The notes beneath the pieces are model-generated. The model worked only from the letters and a program-made list of their open reading frames with translations. It was not told the origin of the DNA and did not search any database. Below, piece by piece: positions 11,701 to 22,052 of a stretch of DNA of 64,000 bases. Location of the stretch: the NCBI GenBank assembly GCA_965153285.1, contig OZ229111.1; one strand, 5' to 3'. The DNA is from Podarcis tiliguerta. Lineage: Eukaryota. Positions within the stretch are counted from its first letter, which is position 1. The number at the start of each line of letters is the position of its first letter. The position numbers and the translations under genes were made by a program.

Positions 11701-14700
11701 ACATCTGGGTGTGATGCACCATGGGCTAAGCTTTGTCTCCCCATATGATTTGTAGAATCCTGCTGCAGCGGCTGAAATGCAACAAGGCTGTTTACTGGGA
11801 GATGTTCCAATCATCAGGGCTCTGCAGGCAGCAGACTAATTTACTGTTACAAATGTTTGGAAGCAGAAAGCATGGGAGGTATGTATCTGCCTCTGCACAT
11901 GATGAAGGGTCAGGTGATGGAACTGAGAAAGCAGCATTTTCTCCAGCAGGCTTCTGCTGAGCTCCAGCCTCTAGTGCTTGAACTGATGTTGCACAAATGA
12001 ATAAACCTCTGTACTCCAGCACCAATTTATTTAAACAGCAACTTTCTACCTTTAAAATTTTAGCAGTATGCATGGTTCCACCCATTGCAAAGGTGCTTTT
12101 TGCATGAAACAGAGAAGATGTGAACTTCTACATTTAAGTGGGGAGCGAATGTGACAGCATCCTGTACCAAACAGATCGTCAACTGCAACAGGCAATGCAA
12201 TAGGCAACAGGATGGGTTGGGAGATGGTTTGCCTGTACATGGAAGCCTCTTTCTGGGCTGAGGGAAAGTTGGCTCTGAAAAAGCACCTTCTAGGAAGATA
12301 TGGAAAGCTACTGTTGGATTCCCTTGGTCAGTTCAACTCTATTCAAAAGCTAAGGGTACAAAAAGTGCAAGAATCATAAAGAGAAATAAAATTTTTGAGC
12401 TCAGAACCAGATCTATGACCCAGGACACCGAGTATGACCGCTTCATGCATTCTTCTGAAAGCCAAATAAAGCAAATGGGTCAGAGACTTCCTCCTCCCAT
12501 TTTATTAATTTAAATCTTGCTTCATTATTCTGAAACGCTTGCAATCCATGGTGGCCTGAGGAATGTCCCATTAAATTCCCATGCTGCATTGCACTAACCT
12601 GTCCAGGTGAGATATGCCCTGGGATGCCTTCTAGCACTGAAACTTCACTGGTTTCAACATTCACCAGGCACAAGACAGGGAAGCTTTTATCACTCAGTGC
12701 TTCTCCCCAATTGTCATAGTATACAAAGTGCTCCTCCTAGAAAAAAAGCAGAGGGGAAGGTCTTGTGAAGATTCCTGATCCAAATAATAATTAACAACAA
12801 CAACAACAGCAGCAGCAATAATTTATAACCCGCCCATCTGGCTACATTTCCCCAGCCACTCTGGGCGGCTCCCAACAGAATAATAATAATAATATGAAAA
12901 AACATCAAATATTAAAACCTTCCCTAAACAGGGCTGCCTTCATATGTCCTCTAAAATCAGATAGTTATTTATTTCCTTGAAATCTGATGGGAGTGCGTTC
13001 CACAGGGTGGGCGCCACTACCGAGAAGGCCCTCTGCCTGGTTCCCTGTAACCTCACTTCTCGCAGTGAGGGAACCACCAGAAGGCCCTTGGTGCTGGATC
13101 TCAGTGTCCGGGCTGAATGCTGGGGGTGCAGACGCTCCTTCAGGAATACAGGTATAGAGTTTCCCATGAGAAAGACATATAGACCTCAATGTCATGCAAA
13201 GGCTTTTTTCACTCACCAGAATTTTCTGCAGACAACCTCTGCAGTTATGCCTCCATAAGCATGACTTTATCTGCAATTTTAATCCACAAACTATTCTCTA
13301 AGCCAGTGTTTCTTAAACTTGAATCCTCAGCTGTTGTTGGACTACAACTCCCATCATCCCTGACCACTGGTCCTCTTTTGAAGTCAAATGTGACTATTTC
13401 AGACCATCCAAGTGTCCCTATTTTCCAATTTAACATATTGGAGAACTGGGTTCAAACTAAGAAAATGAACAAAACTAATTTCAATAGGGACAAATATAAG
13501 GTTCTGCAATTAGGCAGGAACACCAGCTGTACAAATAGAAAATGAGGGACATCGGGCTTGCCATCAGTACATGTGAAAAGGATCTAGGGTTCTTAGTAGA
13601 CCACAAGCTAAACAGTGAGATGCACCAGCAAAAAAAAAAAAAGGTAATGCTCTTTTAGGCTGCATCAACAGACGTATAGTGTCCAGATCAAGGGAAGTAA
13701 TAGTACCATTCTATTCTGCCTTAGTCAGACCACACTTGGAATACCGTGTCCAGTTTGGAGCACAACAATTTAAGAAGGATATTTAATAGTTGGAATGTGT
13801 GCAGAGGAGGGCGACCAAGATGATCAAGCATCAGGAAATCAAGCCTTATGAGGAACAGTTAAGGGAGTTGGGTGTGCTTAGCCTTAATAAGAGGAGACTG
13901 ATAGGAGATATGATAGCCAACTTCAAATGTCTAAAGGGCTGTCTCATGAACATGGAGCAAGCTTCTTTTCTCCTGCTCCGAAGGGTAGCAGCCAGACCAA
14001 TGGACTCAAGTTACAAGAAAGGAGATTCCAACTAAACATCAGAAAGAGCTTTCTGACAGTAAGAGCTCTTCAACAGCTGAACAGACTCCCTTGAGAGGTG
14101 GTGGACTCTCCTTCCTTGGAGGTTTTTAAGCAGAGGTTGGATGGCATCTGTTATGGATGCTGCAGTTGATATTACTGCATTGCAGGGGGTGGACAAGATG
14201 ACCCCTGGGGCCCCTTCCAGCTCTACAATTCTGATTCTATGACAGAATAAAGATGGTAAAGCATGTGGTGTAGCATAAGCATCTCAATGCCAAATAATAA
14301 AAAGTAGATACCTTTATTGTTTCACCTGGCTCCTCTCCTGGGGGGGACCTGCTCTGAGGGAAAAGTGGTTGCCTTTTGGGGCGTCTTCTCTCAGCAACAT
14401 AAAGGATCTGTGTTTCTGAACTGGACCAGGCAAAACACCCAAACTGCTCTGGTGGCATAAGGTCAGAAAGGAAAAAAGGTAATGATCTTCCTTAAAGGTA
14501 AAGGTAAAGGCTGACCCCTCTCACTAAAGCAGAACGCAAGTGGGAAAAGAAGCAGTTCATAATGCTGAGCACACAACTATGGGTAACAGGTTGACTGACT
14601 GATCTGATATTTCCCCAAAGCCATTGCATGGGGGGGGGGGGAGGAAGCCCCATTGCATCGGTAGGACTTGTTGCACTGCTGATGCAACTATTTGGTTGAA

Positions 14701-17700
14701 TCTGTACCTGAGAAAAGCCACAAGTTACTAAACAGTGTGTAAATATCAGCCAAAGATAGTCCTACTCTACTTGTGGAGTTATAATTGTTCATTGTGCCTA
14801 AAATGCAAGCTCCCCCTTTGTGTGGAAGTTTGATGCTTAAGATGCAAAGAGCTCAGGATTTGCTATCTAAATGTGAAATCTGTGATTTGAAAAAGTGAAA
14901 TCTCAAGTAGCATAGACCGGGTCTCAAATTGTGCTGCATATTTAAATATGAATGTGGCCTCACCAGAATTCTACCTCAGACCGTTTTCACAGACAGAAAC
15001 ATGTAAAGGCGTGTGTGCTTTGTGACCTAGGTGCATGGCTAGTGTGACATTCACCAAAGCAGTTCAGCCTAGCCTTTTCGCTAAGATCTGAAAACCTGGT
15101 TCCAGTGAGAGTTAGGGAGGACCTTTTAAGAATGCCAGCCAGAGATGCCTGAAAGGGCAGTGAAAGAGGAAAGAATATAGCGTAGGATAACCAAATTCTC
15201 CTTTGGCATTAGGGAGAGGGTGTTAATAGGAAGAAGCATGAGCAAGTGTTGTGCTGGGAGAGAGCAGGGCACACAGGACTGAGGGAACATCACTTGCTTT
15301 GCCTGCAGAGTAGCAGCATACAGCCAAGCCCACTTCTTTTGCCCTTACCATCTGTGTATACTCTGCCATGTTTATCCAGTGATGTGAGATTAATGCTTCT
15401 CACCCTTCCACTCTTGCTCCAGACCTGCTGAGAAACAGAAATCAGCAAGAGCCAATGCCCACCACTACCATGCAATATCAACAGGCCTGCTACATTTCCT
15501 CAAGCACCATAACCACTTTCTTCCCTGACTCCACTGCTAGGACTGAAAAAGATGGGGGAGCTGAAGAGGTGAGGGAGGGCAGTGCCAGATTTTAAGAGAC
15601 ATGTGCCCAGTGATACCAGTCCAAAGGGACTGTGCGTGTAATCCCTCACCTTTGGTCTGTCTATGTATCCCCATAAAGGCAGATTCCCTAGATGTTTCAC
15701 ACATAATACTGCAGACTTCCTTCCTTCTCATCCGTGGCTGGATCTCAGATTTCATGTTAACAAAAAGGCAATTATCAAGTTATTCTGTTATATCCAGAGG
15801 CCTGTAGTAACCAGCTTTGACTATTTATGTCTATTTAAAATATTTATAGATTGCCTTCCTGAGAACAACTCTTTCAAAGCAGTTTACATTATAAAATATA
15901 ACTAAATAATACAACAGCATCAATTTTAAAATGTAAAATACAAGGTTATTTCTACAAAACACCCCCAGTGAACCAGCAATAATAAAACAACCCACCAAAT
16001 TCTCCAAACCAAAATTATTATTTTTTATTTTAAAACCACAATATTTTAGAATGCAGATAATAATAGCCCACAAGCAGATGGCTGTATACAGTATTGTAAA
16101 AGTATATTCCTACAAAATTCCAAATACACATACCTGGGTGCAGCAACACTATTCCTAACTCTTTCTACACAAAAGCATTTAATAAGTCTTTGCAGCACCA
16201 TCCTTGCTCTCTAGGTGTGACGGGTATTTGCTAGCTAGCGTGCACTTTACTGTCACGCACAAACACCATTTTACCTCTATCACTTCCTGCTTCTGCCCCA
16301 TTTCCAAGCGATGGGTGAAAACAGCCTTATGCATCCCAGTAGGTGACATTCTGATCAGCAGTCTGTGGCACAGGAGATAGGGACAACATGAGCAGCAGAG
16401 CCAGCTCTGAGAGGTATTTAAAACCAAAGGACACCCTACTCCCATCCCCCCACCACCAAAGGCCATCAGTGTTTTTCAGGAGGGATTCAAGCACACACCA
16501 AAACTTTAGGTGTGCACAATTCAAGTAGGTTAAAGCACTCTGTTACCTTAGCGCAACAAATACACTTTTTTCTGAAGGACTTTGAAATTCATTTCCCTGT
16601 CACTTTCCTAACATGGGACGAGCAAATTGACAGGATGATATATAAACAACCCAAAGTCAAGTCAGGATGAGCATTCATTGTTGCATAACTGCCCCCAAAA
16701 CAAAGCATAAAGTCTGTGCAAGTAAACCAATAGATAGGTCATTTGGTTAAAGCCCATTTATTTCCATCTGCTTTAAGGAAAACCCTCCAACCTGGAGCTA
16801 AATAGTTTATCTACAGTCCTATGATTCCCATCACTCCCAGTAGAAGACTTTCAGGTTGCACAAAGAAGGATCTTGGCCTATGACTTGCGGAAACTGATGT
16901 CAGTTACAGTTGACAGTAATAGGGTAGCACAATTTGTCACCAAGGCAAAAAAAGTTATGTTCTCTTAAAGCACCCCCTTGAAAACAACCCATTCTAACCT
17001 ATCTCGGTTCCTTGGGAAAAGTTGATTATCCTTACTCTGGTTTATATTTTATCTTGTGCCAGGTTATCCCAATCCAAGTCTGGATTGAATTTCTAAAGCA
17101 TGGTTAGGTATGCTAAGGGCAACTGGATGTTCTACGTACTGGTCCCGGATCTCAGCTGGAACGCCAACAGGAGTAACGGAGACAATTGCTCTGCTATTGT
17201 GGTGTAGGATATACTGACGGCTGAAATGCAGCTTCTGACGGCGCCCCAAGTCAGGCTGGCACCACTCTACAGGAAAGGAGGGAGGTGAGACCGGGTATCT
17301 GAGCCTTGGAATCTCCCGCCCCAGTGTGTAGTACTGCTGTTTCTGAATTTTATGTGGAAATCTGTGGGAAGCACAATGTCCAGAAAGCCAGCAAGACAGA
17401 GACACCGATTCTGCTCCAAGACACCATGATTAAGATAACCAGAGTTCAGAAATGGAGAACTGATCGCAGAGCTGAAAGAGCACCTCATCCAGCAATAAAG
17501 GAGTTGAGAATGTGTTATACCGGAATTAATATTGTGAGAGATGACAGTTAACTGTGTTTAGAGACATTTAGGGAAAGTGCAGCTCATCAGAACTGAAATT
17601 GCAAGTAAACAGAATGAGTAACGGGTCTCAATGAAGACTTCTGGAATTGGTAATTTCAAGAGACATTTTTGCTTATCATTGTTTAGAGGTCACACATAAA

Positions 17701-20451
17701 GCAGTTATCCTCTTTCATGCTGCAAATTCAGCATAAGTGACATTTTTCTAACTGAGAACAGACACTTGACATTCTACTGATAGCTGGAAATCATTAGCAT
17801 TAGATACAAATTAGGCTGTGAGATTCTTGGCCAACTTTGCAGCTTCATCTTAACAGCCTCACTGAGTGGGACTGGGACCTAGCTTCTACATATGCTCAAG
17901 ACCCAACTGCCTGGATTTCCACTCTCACCAACACCAGGCAGAGCAGCAAAAGTGGAAATATACTTATTTTTCTGTGTGACAGAGGAAACTAATGGGAAAT
18001 ATTGAGATAGCAACTTTTTCAATATTTTTGGAGGGTTTGGAGGGCTCTGTTCAAGGCAAGGACACCAGAGCATCATAGCACACTTCACCAGAAGTGCAGC
18101 AGCACCTGCCACATTTGGGACCAAGGCTGTCCTAGGGCAGATTTGCAGAGCTGCCTCTGGGCAAATATGTGTCAGCAAAGGCTTCCTTCAGGTCACAGGG
18201 ACATAGTTTGCACCCAAACTCATCCTAGACTCCCCTCCTCCACTGAAGGAAAAGAGAATGTTGGACTTTGTGTTAAGCTCCTTTTCTGCAATGAAAAGGG
18301 GTGTTGGCCTGCTCTGTTGTAATATTTTGCTACTGCAGGTACTAGGATCAGCCATAGCCAGGTGTATAAAGATAAGTACCGTCAGCATACTTAAAACAGG
18401 GGTCCTTATCCTGCACTCTGGAGAGGGGTTTCCCTCTCTCATTTCCCTATCTATATGGCCATCTCTCTTATCTTCATTTCTTACCTAGTTACAATCCAGC
18501 CCATTAAGCTTTCCTCCCTTACAGCTCTTGGTTGCCACATTACTGATCATAGTTCTCAAGAGTTTATTCAGGCTTGAATATTAGCATATTGAAAGAGGTT
18601 GCCCAGCCCACTCAGGTAATCCCTCCTGGAGGATTCGACTTCCTGCCAGTAGAGCAAGAGGGCAGTGACAGCCCATCCTAAACATCTCTTTCACTGCAGG
18701 AAAACTGTCAGTTGCCATGAGATGCTGCAAGGCCTGATAGCACATTGCTTTTTTAACCAGACTCAAATCATGTTACTTATAATATTTGGCTGCTAATTTG
18801 ACATTATACACAAGTCTCTTACTTTACCATATAAAAAGGGGGCAGCCACTTCCCACCCCCCTTGCATTCAGCATATGTGATAATTTTAAAAAATAAATAA
18901 ATTACACATCTTCTTTTAACTTGGAAGTAACTGCAAACTTGAGATGTATGGGCTGGGATGGTGTTATTCTTACACAGTGAAGTCAGCTTTTTGCAGTGCA
19001 TATGATTACAACACACCTGAGAGTTTCTACAAGACTGGGCCAACTCCTCTCCTCCGGACCTAAGACAAGGCAGGTTGTTGAAAAGGCAACTTACAGTTTT
19101 CTGACCTCCATGCCATGATACTTCTAATCCCAGAGGTGTAACAGGCAAGAGACAGAGGGGCAATCCAATATTTTTCTCATCTGCTACCAAGTAAGAGGTG
19201 TCCTGGCTGTCTTATGTCAACCTCTCTCTGTGACAGAGTTCAAATGGAAGGCCACTGCAACTCCATGTTTAACTGGCTCGGGGTTTGAGATGCCCAAAGC
19301 GGACGGCACTGCATATTAATATTTGCTTTTAAAACAGTTGATTAACAGCAAAGGACCAGGTATATATATAACCAGACTCAAAAAGCACCATACACAAGCT
19401 TTATAACCTCCATACATATACCAAATTTGCACCTCAGAGTCGTCGTCCCCCCACAACCCTTGTCCATGGCATTTACAGAGTGAGACCCTCACTTATCCTC
19501 CAGCAAGTTAAACAGTATACAGTACCAGCAGTACTGCTCTGCACAGCTACACTTCTAATGGTGGCTTTTATTTTGATTGTGTATTTTGTCATTGTATATT
19601 TTGATTTTGTTCTGTGAACCATCCTGAGACCAGGTATAGGGCAGTATATAAATTCAATAGACAATAATAATTTTATTATGTATACCCCACCCATCTGGCT
19701 GGGATTCCCCAGCCACTCTGGGCAGTTTACAGCATATATTGAAACATAACAAAACATCAAACATTAAAAACTTCTCGATACATGGCTGCCTTCAGATGCC
19801 ATCTAAAAGTCAGATAGTTGTTTGTTTCCTTGACATCTGAAGGGAAGGTGTTCCCACAGGGAGGGAGCCACTACAGGAAAGTCCCTGTGTAACTTCACTT
19901 CTGGAAGTGAGGAAACCAGCAGAAGACCCTCTGGGTTTATAAGCCTAGTCTATTCCCCAGCGTGGGCTTGAGTCACTTGCAACATGCTGTTCACTGCTTT
20001 AATTCCATGTGACAGTGTTTTTAATGGAGCAGTGCTGAAGCCCGTCGAAAAGAGAATGGGTTGGGAAACTGCCCGCCCATCAACAGCTCAGCCCAACCTC
20101 CCACTGGGCTTGTCCACACATCCTCGGCTCTTCTGAAGTGGGGTCCGGGAGAGGAGAGCGCCTAACCCGCGCAACTGGCTCACCCGTGTAGAGGGGCAGG
20201 CACTCGGCGGCGGCGCCGCAGGCAGCAAACCCGACTCCTACACTGGCATAAGTCACGCGGGGAAACCGGCTCAGCTCCCGGTACAGGCCTCCCAGAGGAC
20301 CCGACCCCGCTGGAGGCTAGAAGGAGAGAAGAGGCGGCGTTCTTTCAGGGCAAATAGAGGGCGCTTGCCCGGCGGCACCTGCTCCCCAGCGCCCTCCTCC
20401 CCTGCTCCGCAGCCTCACCGCCTCTTCCGCCCGCTCCGCTCTAGAAGCCAT
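74..20451 (-). CDS. APEH-like paralog (S9C acylaminoacyl-peptidase-like), spliced; exons 1-21 in window, exon 22 outside
   Basis: Exons 5'->3': 20419-20451, 20184-20316, 17140-17266, 16275-16362, 15349-15424, 14312-14448, 12599-12736, 11573-11664, 10908-10948, 9708-9829, 9267-9327, 8876-8970, 7299-7350, 5792-5880, 4363-4498, 3503-3589, 3102-3182, 2063-2151, 1083-1273, 715-817, 74-180. All introns GT-AG with compatible phases; 2078 nt of open frame. Motifs [20 protein letters not shown] (Ser 1205-1207), KDRRV (Asp 142-144). Confidence 0.93.
715..817 (-). CDS. APEH-like exon 20 ([34 protein letters not shown])
   Basis: 103 nt, AG/GT, phase-compatible. Confidence 0.9.
1083..1273 (-). CDS. APEH-like exon 19 (GGSHGG nucleophile motif)
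   Basis: 191 nt, AG/GT; LAVKLAL...[13 protein letters not shown]...SDIPDW. Confidence 0.95.
2063..2151 (-). CDS. APEH-like exon 18 ([29 protein letters not shown])
   Basis: 89 nt, AG/GT. Confidence 0.93.
3102..3182 (-). CDS. APEH-like exon 17 ([26 protein letters not shown])
   Basis: 81 nt, AG/GT. Confidence 0.93.
3503..3589 (-). CDS. APEH-like exon 16 ([28 protein letters not shown])
   Basis: 87 nt, AG/GT. Confidence 0.92.
3756..3886. mobile_element. hAT-type MITE with 8-bp TSD
   Basis: Long near-perfect TIR caggcacccccaaact...agtttgggggtgcctg; TSD CCTTAAGA at 3748-3755 and 3887-3894. Confidence 0.9.
4363..4498 (-). CDS. APEH-like exon 15 ([16 protein letters not shown]...ENNQY)
   Basis: 136 nt, AG/GT. 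Confidence 0.9.
4690..5426. repeat. Array of palindromic AAACCATGGTTT-like motifs; possible old non-autonomous DNA transposon
   Basis: About 10 exact or degenerate copies, listed in findings. Confidence 0.6.
5440..5570. mobile_element. Degenerate copy of the same hAT-type MITE family
   Basis: ccctccatatgttgttgg...ccaacaagatctggaggg inverted arms; similar copies at ~13303, ~21680, ~33570, ~36578, ~41030. Confidence 0.65.
5792..5880 (-). CDS. APEH-like exon 14 ([29 protein letters not shown])
   Basis: 89 nt, AG/GT. Confidence 0.92.
6058..6386 (+). mobile_element. 5'-truncated RTE-clade LINE 3' end
   Basis: Frame reads ...[14 protein letters not shown]...[22 protein letters not shown] (C2H2-like C-terminus), contains stops, ends in (GAA)n tail; second copy at 21815-22052. 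Confidence 0.8.
7299..7350 (-). CDS. APEH-like exon 13 ([17 protein letters not shown])
   Basis: 52 nt, AG/GT. Confidence 0.9.
7488..7562 (+). mobile_element. CR1-type 3' tail
   Basis: gggttggactcgatgaccc...ttccaactctatgattctatgattctat. Confidence 0.8.
7917..8156. mobile_element. Tc1/mariner-type MITE inserted in a hAT-MITE remnant
   Basis: Inverted ends gcttggttctcgaac...gtttgagaaccaagc, right end actgTA; flanks resemble the two halves of the hAT MITE. Confidence 0.6.
8709..8735. repeat. (CA)n microsatellite
   Basis: Direct reading. Confidence 0.95.
8876..8970 (-). CDS. APEH-like exon 12 ([31 protein letters not shown])
   Basis: 95 nt, AG/GT. Confidence 0.9.
9267..9327 (-). CDS. APEH-like exon 11 ([20 protein letters not shown])
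   Basis: 61 nt, AG/GT. Confidence 0.9.
9708..9829 (-). CDS. APEH-like exon 10 ([40 protein letters not shown])
   Basis: 122 nt, AG/GT. Confidence 0.93.
10151..10470. mobile_element. Putative non-autonomous DNA transposon (hAT-like)
   Basis: Imperfect TIR cagtgtcagattta/taaatccggccatg; internal repeat tagcttagggcc; no clear TSD. Confidence 0.5.
10908..10948 (-). CDS. APEH-like exon 9 ([13 protein letters not shown])
   Basis: 41 nt, AG/GT, same size as APEH exon 9. Confidence 0.85.
11573..11664 (-). CDS. APEH-like exon 8 ([30 protein letters not shown])
   Basis: 92 nt, AG/GT. Confidence 0.93.
12599..12736 (-). CDS. APEH-like exon 7 ([23 protein letters not shown]...ISPGQ)
   Basis: 138 nt, AG/GT. 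Confidence 0.93.
12783..13152 (-). mobile_element. L2-clade LINE 3' fragment
   Basis: RTLRSS..LLVVP...[15 protein letters not shown] motif plus simple-repeat tail; related copy at 19663-19931. Confidence 0.85.
13431..14243 (+). mobile_element. CR1 LINE 3' fragment (degenerate ORF2 end and 3' tail)
   Basis: [29 protein letters not shown]-like and VQRRATKMI motifs with frameshifts; ends ...ccttccagctctacaattctgattctatg. Confidence 0.92.
14312..14448 (-). CDS. APEH-like exon 6 ([24 protein letters not shown]...ETIK)
   Basis: 137 nt, AG/GT. Confidence 0.92.
15349..15424 (-). CDS. APEH-like exon 5 ([25 protein letters not shown])
   Basis: 76 nt, CAGCAG tandem acceptor, GT donor. Confidence 0.92.
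16275..16362 (-). CDS. APEH-like exon 4 ([29 protein letters not shown])
   Basis: 88 nt, AG/GT. Confidence 0.88.
17140..17266 (-). CDS. APEH-like exon 3 ([22 protein letters not shown]...EIRD)
   Basis: 127 nt, AG/GT, same size as APEH exon 3. Confidence 0.9.
19663..19931 (-). mobile_element. L2-clade LINE 3' fragment
   Basis: Clear similarity to 12820-13090. Confidence 0.8.
20184..20316 (-). CDS. APEH-like exon 2 ([27 protein letters not shown]...LYT)
   Basis: 133 nt, polypyrimidine+AG acceptor, GTGAG donor; LYRELS matches APEH exon 2. Confidence 0.88.
20419..20451 (-). CDS. APEH-like exon 1 coding part ([11 protein letters not shown])
   Basis: ATG at 20449-20451, GTGAGG donor, 102-nt intron 1, phase 0. 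Confidence 0.72.
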
Positions 20452-21814
20452 TGGCCCTGGAAGCCCCGCAAAGTTTCCCCGAAGCAGCCGGAGAGGCGCT
20501 TGTCCCGGGACAGCAGGGCGGCCACAGCGCACGGGCGGAAAGCGGGCGGTGCCGACAGCCATTGGCCATGGGGGAGAGGAGGCGGGGACAGAGCCAGGCC
20601 CCCACGAAATCCCTGCTGGGAAGGCCCAGCCGAAGGGGTGGCGGCCTTTCTCGCCCCCGATCCCGCCGCTCCTTTGTTTCCAGGCAGGCGACTAAACTTA
20701 AAGATACACGCGAAGGGGAGGCTTGTGTTCGTCACAGCTGAGGGATCGACGGTGCTGTGTCTGATCCCTGTGAGACGCGCAGGATCCCCATCTCTGAGAA
20801 CTGACTGTATCGGGGTCTCCCTGCCCATAATAAAAGCAACCCCAACAACAAAGTTTTGCTGCTTCTTTTTCTCATAACCATTCACTCACTTCAGCTGACC
20901 TGCAGGGTTGCTGGGTACGTGAGAACCACGCTTACACGCTGCTCTGCCGCAAGGTGCTTGGAAGGGCGAGAGTAAAACACAATGTGATGAAGGAAGGGAA
21001 ACCGCACAGGTGGCAAGAACGCAATTACACAGACGCTCGAACACCAGCTACTGTGAATAAAACTCGCTCCTAGCCCCTAGCCCCAGACCCCAATCTCCAT
21101 TCTATAGTCCCCCGCTGTGAGGGAACCTGGTGTTATATATATCAGATACGCTCATGCTGTCTCACCCACAACTGCGCACAATTTAACAAGTCATACTGGT
21201 GTGTGCATCTCCCTCAAGACATTTTCTCAACGGAGGGTCAATCCCCTGGAAGCAGCAGCAGAACTAAAGGAAGGTGATGGGATCAGGGTGGTGCTTTCAG
21301 CAGCGGTCTCTTGGCAACATTTCATTTGTTACAACACTTTCATTTACAGGCTATGGAGAAAGCAAAGGATGCAACCAATTACTCCTATGCAGCACTGCTG
21401 AAAAAGCAGTGGGATACAGGAGGCAGGCTGTGAATATAGGAGATTCAAGTTAAATTGTAGCTCTGTTCACTGGCCTAAGTGGACAATTTAACCAACGGAA
21501 CACAGCATAAGAATCAAAATACATTTTAATCTGACCCAAGCCCTCGGAATGAAAATGGCAAAAATACTGGGAAATTGTGGCATGATTAATCCTACAGTAT
21601 CTTCTATTTAGTAGGAATTCAAAATCTGGTTACTTGGCTCCCAGCACAAATGCAAAGCGGTTATCTTAACAAAGCAATGAGGAACCTTTGGCCCCTACAG
21701 GGACACCCTACCTATTGGCCATGATAGATGGGGATGAGGAGAGCTGGAGTTCAACGACAATGGAAGAGCCACAGGCTCCCAACCCATGACAAAAGTGGTT
21801 GTCTTACAAATGGA

Positions 21815-22052
21815 GGTATTCTTATTCTTTGGCAATCACTCGTAGTCAAGTAGGATGGTCTTCCATAAACATGGTTTTAACAGTGAGTCTGTAAGTGACT
21901 GTGGAGGCCAATTCTGGATCCACACATCCTTCCACAGCGGGGGCATAGGTTTCCGGGCAGGAGTTGATCATGGTGAGGGTTTGCCAAACGTGCCTTCCTC
22001 TCAGTACGTTTCTCCCTTTCATCCTGAGTTTGAGCATCTTCAAAGCCCAGGA
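21815..22052 (-). mobile_element. 5'-truncated RTE-clade LINE 3' end
   Basis: GFEDAQTQDEREKRTERKARLANPH...CPRCGRMCGSRIGLHSHLQTHC*; homologous to 6150-6386. Confidence 0.8.

Larger units (their letters stand above)
20100..20790 (-). promoter_or_regulatory. CpG island / promoter of APEH-like gene
   Basis: Sharp GC/CpG enrichment over exons 1-2; CCAAT (attgg on +) at ~20450 and ~20561; GC-box-like motifs. Confidence 0.8.

Noticed and set aside
17400-20100. Candidate extra exons in APEH-like intron 2 (e.g. acceptor near 18243)
   Set aside because: Stops in all three frames; the true exon 2 is at 20184-20316.
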